Shown: in pieces, positions 57,122 to 64,000 of the stretch
How the letters are laid out: every line of letters begins with the position of its first letter
Position numbering within the stretch: position 1 is the stretch's first letter
Source: Deltaproteobacteria bacterium
Lineage (GTDB): Bacteria; Desulfobacterota; GWC2-55-46
Reading direction: 5' to 3'
Length of the DNA: 64,000 bases
Assembly (NCBI GenBank): GCA_016218105.1
Contig: JACRET010000036.1
Coordinates: forward strand, 5,304-69,303
Notes under the pieces: generated by a model
Told to the model about the DNA's origin: nothing
Databases searched by the model: none
The model's input: the letters and a program-made list of their open reading frames with translations, nothing else
Program-made: the position numbers and the translations under genes

Positions 57122-57258
57122 GTTTCCGATCGTAGGCTTCCTGCCTCCTCTCTCCAGCCCCTGTCTTTCTCGCTTCCGGGCGCATCCTGCGCCCTAATCC
57201 TCGCCAGCTCGGCGCTCGCAAGCCGTTCGACTCCCAAATTAGCTTTGGTGATCAACTC

Positions 57259-57354
57259 TGGCGGAAGGGGGAGGGAGTCGAACCCCCCGATCCCCGAAAT
57301 CGGCGACAGACAGGTTTTGAAGACCTGCAGGGCCACCGGGCCCTGTCCCCTTCC
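57259..57354 (-). tRNA. selC: tRNA-Sec (selC), anticodon UCA
   Basis: The reverse complement is GGAAGGGGACAGGGCCCGGTGGCCCTGCAGGTCTTCAAAACCTGTCTGTCGCCGATTTCGGGGATCGGGGGGTTCGACTCCCTCCCCCTTCCGCCA. It has an 8-bp acceptor stem, a 6-bp D stem, anticodon loop CT-TCA-AA, a long extra arm and discriminator G + CCA, totalling 96 nt. Confidence 0.9.
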
Positions 57355-57467
57355 TTATGGATAAATACGCCATCACTGGAGGGAAAATACTATAGCGGGT
57401 TTATATAGCCGGTTGGAAAGCCCTGGGCTTTAGGCCAACGTCGTCATTTTATAGATGAGATCAAGGA

Positions 57468-57502
57468 GAGTCAAAACAAAAAAACCGGATTTTTATCCGG
57501 TT
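57468..57502 (-). terminator. Rho-independent terminator (minus strand)
   Basis: AACCGGAT-TTTT-ATCCGGTT is a perfect 8-bp stem. On the minus strand it is followed by TTTTTTTGTTTTG. Confidence 0.75.
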
Positions 57503-57722
57503 CAAAAAAAGGCGGCTTAAGGTCTTTTTATCCAATCCGCTGGTCCTTAACGGTATCAACCCCTTCCGAGCGCCCTCCCCTTCCGGGGAACCCATGCTCC
57601 TTCTGGCCGCCTCCTTTTTAAAGGCACGGTCAATCCGGGTCTAACCTCTTAAGGCCACTTCAGGTGGTTTATACGCACCCACGGATGGGACCTACGCATT
57701 CGAGCGTTGGCCTAAGCCGTCT
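57503..57722 (-). ncRNA. Candidate structured small RNA of about 215 nt (unidentified)
   Basis: On the minus strand, 5' GACGGCTTAGGCCAACGCT pairs with 3' AGCGGATTGG...CCTTAAGCCGCC, followed by T7. Internal hairpins include CCCC-GGAA-GGGG, CCAC-CTGAA-GTGG and CCCA-TCCG-TGGG. There is no ORF, and the canonical terminator follows immediately. Confidence 0.3.
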
Positions 57723-57794
57723 ATATTAAAGCCTGTTCCTATCTTTATTTTATCACAAATGAGAAAATTTACAAACCCATGCGGCTTTAAAAAA

Positions 57795-57900
57795 TTGAAG
57801 CTCCCCGCGTAATCCGCGGAGAATCTTCGATATGTAAGGAAACTATTTCTATTCGCTCGCTTGACCCCGCAGAAGACTGCTGGGAATGCGCTCGCTATGC
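57795..57900 (+). repeat. Dispersed intergenic repeat, family 2, copy B (with a partial second unit)
   Basis: TTGAAGCTCCCCGCGTAATCCGCGGAGAATCTTCGATATGTAAGG...ATTCGCTCGCTT, followed by GCTGGGAATGCGCTCGCTATGC. It resembles copies A and C. Confidence 0.55.
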
Positions 57901-58156
57901 ATATTCAATAAAAACAGTGCTTTTTATAAATCATAAAGGGCATATCGAGCCAGGAGAAGAGTTTTTCAACCAGGTGGCAGTCCAAGAGAGCGGTTCAGGC
58001 TTCCGGCATCGTCATCAGACGGCCAGCTTGCACACCCCGTTCCGGAAGGACCCCTAGCATAAATTACTTGATCCTCATCTCCTTCATGCCGGTATGCCCT
58101 TTATCTATATATTACTCCCTTCGGAAAAAAATGTCAAATCAGCCGGGGCGTTCAAA

Positions 58157-59035
58157 TTACTTCTCTTCCGACTCTGGTCTGGTCTTCCATCTCCTGTGCA
58201 CCCAGAACCATTGCTCTGGATATTTCCTTATAGTGTCCTCTATCACCTTCGTGCATCTCCGCGTGTTCTCTTCCGAGTCACGCTCCTTGTCGCCTGTATT
58301 TACGAGCCTTATCTCTTCCTGTATCTCGATGCGGTGGCCTTTGTCTGTCCTTATCATAAATACCGGAACGACGGGCGCTCCGCTTGCGACGGCCAGAAGC
58401 GCCGGCCCTTTATTGGTGCAGGCCGGGGTCCCGAAAAAGTCCACGAACACGCCTTCGCTTCTCGTTACGTTCTGATCCATGAGGATCATAACCAGTCCTT
58501 TTTCCGACAGCCTCGTGAGGAGTTTGCGCATCGCCCTCCTCTTGTATATCATATTATTGCCGGAGCTCTTAGTCCTCACCCAGTATATGAACTCCTCAAA
58601 CACGGGATTGTCCGCCTCCCTTACTACGAGGTCTATCGTATAACCCTTTATCCCGAAGTATACCGCTTGAAGCTCCCAGTTCCCGAAGTGGGCGGTGCAT
58701 AAGATCACGCCCTTCCCTCTGGAAGCGGCCTTTTTAAGGTTTTCAAGGCCGACGCACTCTACAAACCCATCAACCTTTTTTCTGTTTAGCCACGGGATGG
58801 AGAGGAACTCAAAAAACATTACAGCGAGGTTTGAAAATAATTTTTTACCGGCGCGCTCTATCTCCGCAGGCGTGAGTTTCCCTTTAAAAGCCCTGTTCAG
58901 ATTATCCAGGGCAATATTCCTTCTCTTCTTGTCGATACGAAAGGCGAGCGCGCCTAAAAGAGCGCCCAGGAACTTCTGTAAGGCGCGCGGAAGATTCCCC
59001 AGTATAAAGGATAGAGACTTAAGGAGACTACGCAT
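58157..59035 (-). CDS. lpxL: Lipid A biosynthesis (Kdo2-lipid IVA) late acyltransferase, LpxL/HtrB family
   Basis: The LCTAHFGNWEL (HX4E) motif, and a C-terminal PEQWFWVHRRWK. The ATG at 59035 is preferred; the track starts at a TTG at 59074. It overlaps the lpxK stop. Confidence 0.8.
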   Translation of the reverse strand: MRSLLKSLSFILGNLPRALQKFLGALLGALAFRIDKKRRNIALDNLNRAFKGKLTPAEIERAGKKLFSNLAVMFFEFLSIPWLNRKKVDGFVECVGLENLKKAASRGKGVILCTAHFGNWELQAVYFGIKGYTIDLVVREADNPVFEEFIYWVRTKSSGNNMIYKRRAMRKLLTRLSEKGLVMILMDQNVTRSEGVFVDFFGTPACTNKGPALLAVASGAPVVPVFMIRTDKGHRIEIQEEIRLVNTGDKERDSEENTRRCTKVIEDTIRKYPEQWFWVHRRWKTRPESEEK

Positions 59036-60101
59036 CACCCGCCCCCTTAAGCAGAGGGTTGACAGCATTCTCAAGCGCCTCTTTTCCTTTTACTTCCACA
59101 TCTATCGAGAGGACATACAAAGGGAGCGTCTGCACACGGCCCTTTAGCTTCACCCCGTCCTTTTCAGTCGTGATGATAAGCTCCGCCTCAAGGAACCCTT
59201 TTTTTATCGAATCGATGTCCTCATTAGTGTAGAGATGATGGTCTGGATAAGTAAACGCCTTTACGAGCTTTACGCCGAGGGATTTAAGTGTCTCAAAAAA
59301 GGAGCCAGGGTTCGCGATACCCGCTATCGCGATGGCTTTTTTCCCCTTCAGGTAACCGGCGTCCTTCGAGGCGTTGGTCTTTATGTCGGTTATGACAGAC
59401 GGGCTGTAACTGAACGGTATCACAGGAACGGATTGGATCTTCGATCTTTCATCCGAAGTAAGATGCCCGCCTTTCACCATCACTATCGACGCCCTCTCAA
59501 TCCCTTCCAGCGGCTCTCTCAGGACACCCCTGGGGAGAAGATAGCCGTTCCCAAACCCCTCCTCAGCATCGACCAGGAGGATATTCAGATCCCTTTTGAG
59601 CTTTATATGCTGGTATCCGTCATCGAGTATGATGACGTCCGGGTTGAAATTCTCGACCGCGAACATACCGCTTAAATACCTGTCAGACCCTACAATCACA
59701 GGCACATCCTTAAGCCTTTTTGCCATGAGATAGGGCTCGTCCCCGGCTTCCTGCGCGCTTAAAAGGATCTTCTGCCCGTCAGATACGACGCTTATGTCCC
59801 TTGTGCTTCTTTTATAGCCTCTGCTGAGTATCACGACCCTGTTATTTCTTTTTCTGATGAGCCCGGCGACGTGAATCGCCATCGGCGTTTTTCCGGTGCC
59901 GCCGACCGTGATATTGCCTATCGAGATGACCTTGCAGGGCAGTTCTTTCGTTGACAGGAAACCCCGTTTAAACAAAAAAAGCCTAAGTTTTATTGCCAGG
60001 CCATATAGAAGAGAAAGAAGAAAGAGCAAGTTATGCGGAACAAGCCCGATCTTATCCTCGCGCATCCACCTCTCTATATTTTTTCTTAAAGTACCGGCCA
60101 T
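59028..60101 (-). CDS. lpxK: Tetraacyldisaccharide 4'-kinase
   Basis: VISIGNITVGGTGKTP P-loop, SRGY, and ILDDGYQH. Confidence 0.9.
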   Translation of the reverse strand: MAGTLRKNIERWMREDKIGLVPHNLLFLLSLLYGLAIKLRLFLFKRGFLSTKELPCKVISIGNITVGGTGKTPMAIHVAGLIRKRNNRVVILSRGYKRSTRDISVVSDGQKILLSAQEAGDEPYLMAKRLKDVPVIVGSDRYLSGMFAVENFNPDVIILDDGYQHIKLKRDLNILLVDAEEGFGNGYLLPRGVLREPLEGIERASIVMVKGGHLTSDERSKIQSVPVIPFSYSPSVITDIKTNASKDAGYLKGKKAIAIAGIANPGSFFETLKSLGVKLVKAFTYPDHHLYTNEDIDSIKKGFLEAELIITTEKDGVKLKGRVQTLPLYVLSIDVEVKGKEALENAVNPLLKGAGDA

Positions 60102-60125
60102 CTTCCCTTTTAAAAATCGCTTTAT

Positions 60126-61436
60126 TTAAATAACCGCGTTTTTGCTTTTTGCCTTGTTCAGAAATACCTCTATCGCTTCAACGCTCTTCCTAGCGGCTCC
60201 CCTGTTGGCCTCGACGACTTTCCAGGCGCTCTCTCCCGCCTCTTTGCAAAGGGCCGCGTCAGAAAGGAGTTTTTCAAGCGTACCCTTTAACCCGTCCACG
60301 CCCTCCGCCCTGAAACCTCCTCCGGCGCCCTCAAGAAGCTCCGCCATATTCAAATATGCCGTCAGGTGCGGGCCGTAGATAACGGGCTTCCCATAATACG
60401 CCGGTTCCAGGAGATTATGGCCGCCGATGCCTTTTACAAGGCTGCCTCCTACAAACGCGACCGTAGCGAATGAATATACCATCATAAGCTCGCCGACCGT
60501 ATCGAGGAGGACTATCCCTTCACCGCCATTCCCTTTCGAGCGCTTCGAATAAGGGAGCCCTGATCTTCTCAACAACGCCTCTACTTCAGCGAACCTCTCA
60601 GGGTGCCTCGGCGCTAGTATCAGTCTTGTATTTTTAAATTCGCCCCGGAGCCCCTTGAAGGCATTCAGTATCATCTCCTCTTCTCCGGGGTGGGTGGAGC
60701 CCGCGACTATCACCGCCTCTTTGGGGTTTATTCCTAAAGACGCCCCAAGCGGCGTCAGTGAGGACTGGCGGCCATCCGGCGGGCTCAGGTCGAATTTGAT
60801 ATTGCCGGTGGCCACAGCGTTACTATCCTTGACCCCCGCACAAACGGCCTTTTCCCTGTCCTCTTTTGTGCGCGCTGAAAAGAGGCTCACACCCCCGAAG
60901 ACGCCCTTAAAAAAGAACCCATACCTTGCAAACCGCCTGGACGACCTGTCTGAAATTGTCCCGTTAAGGACGATTACAGGCACGCCTTTCTTATTCATTT
61001 GCCTGAAGATGTTCGGCCATATTTCCTTTTCTATCACTATGAAAGCCTTGGGGTTAAAGAGCCTTATCGCCTTGTTCACCACCCACGAAAGATCGAGCGG
61101 AAAATATATAAGCGCGTCGATAAGTCCGGTCAGGTCTTTTGCCGCGGTATTATTGCCTGTCCTGGTGACTGTTGAAAAAACCACCCTTGTATCGGGGTTT
61201 CTCTCCTTAAAGAGCTTGACTACAGGCGCGGCCGCCTTTGTCTCTCCGACGGAGACCGCGTGTATCCACACCACTGGCCCGCCTGAGAGCGCCTTTAGTT
61301 TGGCGGCCTTATAAAAGCCGAACCGCTCCGGAATGCCTTCCCTGTATTTACGGGCGGTAATCATCTTAAATACAAAATAAGGGAGCAGCGCGATAACTGA
61401 AATATGGAGCAGGATATCGTAGAGGCGATATATCAT
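60126..61436 (-). CDS. waaA: 3-deoxy-D-manno-octulosonic acid (Kdo) transferase
   Basis: VWIHAVSVGE, a C-terminal GT-B half (GGSL...GGHNLLEP) and an N-terminal membrane anchor. Confidence 0.9.
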   Translation of the reverse strand: MIYRLYDILLHISVIALLPYFVFKMITARKYREGIPERFGFYKAAKLKALSGGPVVWIHAVSVGETKAAAPVVKLFKERNPDTRVVFSTVTRTGNNTAAKDLTGLIDALIYFPLDLSWVVNKAIRLFNPKAFIVIEKEIWPNIFRQMNKKGVPVIVLNGTISDRSSRRFARYGFFFKGVFGGVSLFSARTKEDREKAVCAGVKDSNAVATGNIKFDLSPPDGRQSSLTPLGASLGINPKEAVIVAGSTHPGEEEMILNAFKGLRGEFKNTRLILAPRHPERFAEVEALLRRSGLPYSKRSKGNGGEGIVLLDTVGELMMVYSFATVAFVGGSLVKGIGGHNLLEPAYYGKPVIYGPHLTAYLNMAELLEGAGGGFRAEGVDGLKGTLEKLLSDAALCKEAGESAWKVVEANRGAARKSVEAIEVFLNKAKSKNAVI

Positions 61437-61515
61437 TTAAGGGAGTTTACATTTATTTTTTTAAAGTCTGCGCGGATTGCTCTGAAAAAAAGCGCGGCTG
61501 TTTGACGCAAACTCT

Positions 61516-61544
61516 ATACTACATTTTGTCTAAATCATAGTCAA
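61516..61544 (-). promoter_or_regulatory. Candidate sigma70-type promoter for waaA-lpxK-lpxL (minus strand)
   Basis: On the minus strand: TTGACT, a 17-nt spacer, then TAGTAT. Confidence 0.3.
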
Positions 61545-61584
61545 GTTTTGAGGGGATATTTCAGAAAGGACACAAGGACGAAGA

Positions 61585-62238
61585 TCAGAAGAAGCTGTCC
61601 GCCTTCGCGGTAAGCTCATTCAAGCTATTTTCAAGCTTTTGCCGCGCCTCTTCCATCTCAGCGGAGCCGGCGTCAGCTTTTACATACAATGGGTCTCCGC
61701 AGATAAATACGCCTTTCGAAAATGGATAGGGCAGGAGGAAAGAGTCCCAGCTCCCGAATATTTTTTTTTTCGAGGCGTTAAACGATATGGGAAAGACGGG
61801 AAGGCCTGTCGCCCTGGCTATGTGTATAGCCCCCATCTGCGCCTTCATCCCTGGCCCTTTCGGCCCGTCAGGCGTCAGGGCGAGGTCTCTGCCTTCCCGG
61901 ACGGACTTCAAGAGCCCCCTGATGCCGCCGAGCGAGCCCCTTGTGGTAGAGCCCCTCACTGATTCGATCCCGAAGCCTTTGAAGACCCTCCTTATAAGCT
62001 CGCCGTCTTTGCTCTGGCTTATAAGCCCTGTAAGCCGCCTGCCAGGATACGCGTAGGGCACCATAAGGAGCCTTCCGTGCCAGAAGACCGAGATCGTCTG
62101 CTTGCCGCTGTCTGTCATCGAGCGGTATGCTTCGTAGTTTACATAGGTCTTTCTCATTGTAAGGGACAGGAACCTTATTATCCATTGGGCAAGTACGGGG
62201 GCAAGGTTTACGAGGAGGCTATCTAATATCTTTTTCAT
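61585..62238 (-). CDS. DUF374-type lysophospholipid-acyltransferase-like protein
   Basis: ISVFWHGRLLMVPY...SQSKDGELI...VRGSTTRG...LTPDGPKGP. It sits between msbA and waaA. Confidence 0.65.
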   Translation of the reverse strand: MKKILDSLLVNLAPVLAQWIIRFLSLTMRKTYVNYEAYRSMTDSGKQTISVFWHGRLLMVPYAYPGRRLTGLISQSKDGELIRRVFKGFGIESVRGSTTRGSLGGIRGLLKSVREGRDLALTPDGPKGPGMKAQMGAIHIARATGLPVFPISFNASKKKIFGSWDSFLLPYPFSKGVFICGDPLYVKADAGSAEMEEARQKLENSLNELTAKADSFF

Positions 62239-62249
62239 AGGATTGGGGC

Positions 62250-64000
62250 TTACCCATTAAACTGCATGGAATAAAGGCGAGAGTATTCGCCTCCCTTGTC
62301 AAGGAGGTCCTCGTGCCTGCCGATCTCCTTTATCGCTCCGCCCGACAGGACGATTATCCGGTCGGCGTTCCTTACGGTCGAAAGCCTGTGGGCAATAACG
62401 AAAGTGGTGCGTCCTTCCATGAGGTTCGAGATCGCCTTTTGCACCTCATGCTCGGATTCGGTATCCAGGGCAGAGGTCGCCTCGTCCAGGATCAGTATCG
62501 GCGCATTTTTAAATATGGCCCTTGCTATCGACAGCCTCTGCCTCTCTCCGCCTGAGAGCCTCACTCCGCCTTCGCCTATGACAGTGTCATAGCCCTGCGG
62601 AAGCCTTGAGACGAAATCATGCGCATTGGCCGCCTTTGCCGCGGCGACGATCCTGTTCATGTCCATCTCCGTGTCCCCGTAGCCGATATTCTTTTTTACG
62701 GTATCATTAAAGAGTATCACCTGCTGGGAGACTATCGCTATCTGTGAGCGCAGGGAATTGAGCGTCAGCTCCCTGATGTCTTTTCCGTCGAATAGTATCG
62801 AACCCTCCGCGACATCGTAGAATCTCGGTATCAGGTTTACGAAGGTAGTCTTGCCGGCCCCGGAGCTCCCGACGATCGCGAGCACTTCGCCCTTCCCGAC
62901 CCTCAGGTCTATACCCTTGAGCACCAGCTCTCCGCCGTACTTGAAGGTCACGCCCTTGAACTCGACCGAATCGTTTACGCCTGTAATTACCGCTCCCCCG
63001 CCCTTCTTCTCCGTCTCGCCGGGCATATCCATTACGTCGAATATGCGGGTCGCGGCGGCAAGCCCCTGCTGGATATTGAGGTTCACCCCGTTAAGAGCCT
63101 TTATGGGCTGGTAGAACATTAGCACAGAGGCGAAGAACGAAATGAATATCTCGGGCTTGAGCGTGCCGTGGCTTATCCTGTATGCGGCGAACCATATGGT
63201 CACGGCGAACCCTACCGCTCCAAGCGTCTCCATGAGCGGCGATGATATGGAGCGCACCTTTATCGTCTTTATCTGGTTTTGCGTATACCTTTCGTTTTCC
63301 TTTTGGAACCTCTTGGACTCATAGCCTTCCATGCTGAACGCCTTGACGATCCTTATCCCGGCTATCGATTCGTGGAGGAGCGCCGTGATGGTGCCCATCG
63401 TAACCTGCCCCTGCGTGGATACCTTTTTCATCTTCTTGCCCAGTTTTCTCATCGGATAGACGGATAAAGGGAGGGCGATGCCAGCCGCGAGCGCGAGCTT
63501 CCAGTCCAGGCTTATCACGACCCCTGCGAGGACTATGATTGTGAGGCTCTGCTTTAGCGTAGTCGCTATCGCCTCGGAGGTGGTGGATTGAAGCAGGTTT
63601 ACGTCGTTGGTAAGCCGTGATATCAGAACCCCTGTCGGGGTCGTGGTAAAATAGTTCACCGGGAGGCACAGGACATGGTCATACAGGCGCTTCCTTATGT
63701 CGCGCACAACGCTTTGCCCGACGTAGCCCATGAAAAAAGATTGCCCGTAAGAGCTGATCCCCTTTACGACCGCCACGACTATGAGCGCGAGCGGTATCGC
63801 TATTATCATCTTTTCCTTTGGGATGACAAAAAGGTCGAGCGGGATTATCTTTATAACGGAGTCGGAATCGTTTGAAAAGAGGAACTTCATCACCGGGCCG
63901 ATAAGATAGGCCATCGCCCCGTTCGCAAGCGCGAACCCCACCATGGAGACGAACGCCATGATCAACTGGAACTTATACGGCGGCAGCAGTTTTAATATTC
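62250..64000 (-). CDS. msbA: Lipid A export ABC transporter MsbA (permease + ATPase); the N-terminus runs off the right edge
   Basis: Six-TM domain, Walker A GSSGAGKTT, signature LSGGERQR and Walker B ILILDEATS. The reading frame stays open upstream of the track start (..ILKLLPPYKFQLIMAF) to the window end. Confidence 0.88.
   Translation of the reverse strand, partial: ILKLLPPYKFQLIMAFVSMVGFALANGAMAYLIGPVMKFLFSNDSDSVIKIIPLDLFVIPKEKMIIAIPLALIVVAVVKGISSYGQSFFMGYVGQSVVRDIRKRLYDHVLCLPVNYFTTTPTGVLISRLTNDVNLLQSTTSEAIATTLKQSLTIIVLAGVVISLDWKLALAAGIALPLSVYPMRKLGKKMKKVSTQGQVTMGTITALLHESIAGIRIVKAFSMEGYESKRFQKENERYTQNQIKTIKVRSISSPLMETLGAVGFAVTIWFAAYRISHGTLKPEIFISFFASVLMFYQPIKALNGVNLNIQQGLAAATRIFDVMDMPGETEKKGGGAVITGVNDSVEFKGVTFKYGGELVLKGIDLRVGKGEVLAIVGSSGAGKTTFVNLIPRFYDVAEGSILFDGKDIRELTLNSLRSQIAIVSQQVILFNDTVKKNIGYGDTEMDMNRIVAAAKAANAHDFVSRLPQGYDTVIGEGGVRLSGGERQRLSIARAIFKNAPILILDEATSALDTESEHEVQKAISNLMEGRTTFVIAHRLSTVRNADRIIVLSGGAIKEIGRHEDLLDKGGEYSRLYSMQFNG

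Noticed and set aside
57040-57336. 98-aa minus-strand ORF with an internal repeat (PLPPELI.KANLGVERLASA appears twice).
   Set aside because: It is the translation of tRNA-Sec plus its duplicated 3' fragment and flank, and is not a protein gene.
57503-57722. Identification of the structured region as SRP (4.5S) RNA or 6S RNA.
   Set aside because: The CCCC-GGAA-GGGG hairpin lacks the conserved SRP helix-8 internal-loop residues (no AGCA 3' of the tetraloop). The interior does not form the single long bubble-containing hairpin of 6S RNA. I keep it only as an unidentified candidate.

Overview
This 64-kb window comes from a Gram-negative (diderm) bacterium with roughly 50% G+C. That figure, like the later 'one-third G+C' remark, is a by-eye estimate and was not computed. 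The genome encodes a selenocysteine tRNA. All calls rest on reading the ORF-track translations and the DNA by eye. No searches were run, and hand-counted motif coordinates may be off by 1-2 nt.

**1-19.4 kb, minus strand: two back-to-back chemosensory operons.**
- The first is Wsp/ACF-like: cheW, cheR-TPR, cheW, mcp, cheA-REC, cheB, then a dual-REC response regulator that runs off the left edge.
- The second is Che2/F7-like: a short MCP-like gene, cheY, STAS, cheA, mcp, cheW, cheR, cheD, a histidine-kinase-like gene, a second cheD, and cheB.
- The embedded cheD / kinase-like / cheD module is the most unusual thing I see. The kinase-like protein has Asn at the canonical phospho-His position.

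**19.6-51.5 kb: mostly housekeeping and envelope genes.**
- corA, a PEP-CTERM protein with a sigma54-type promoter, and a treT-like gene followed by a trehalose-phosphatase gene.
- Two TMTC-like membrane/TPR glycosyltransferase paralogs, an M48 protease, a PAS-GAF-HD-GYP protein and an Slt-type transglycosylase.
- An alpha-glucan phosphorylase, a CaCA antiporter, pyk, an MBL hydrolase and a sigma54-driven PilJ-type MCP.
- mntH, a Clp1-like P-loop kinase, gcvT-H-PA-PB and a B12-radical-SAM enzyme.

**51.5-57.4 kb: accessory region.**
- An AT-rich islet lies next to tRNA-Leu. It contains a REP-associated tyrosine transposase flanked by three REP hairpins, and two orphan ORFs, one of which looks like an HhH-GPD glycosylase fold.
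- A Cyc2/Cyt572-like monoheme cytochrome-porin fusion follows.
- Next come an orphan 346-aa protein and tRNA-Sec, which has a duplicated 3' fragment nearby.

**58.1-64 kb:** the lipid A / Kdo block lpxL-lpxK-waaA-DUF374-msbA, with msbA truncated at the right edge.

Two families of short dispersed intergenic repeats recur across the window.
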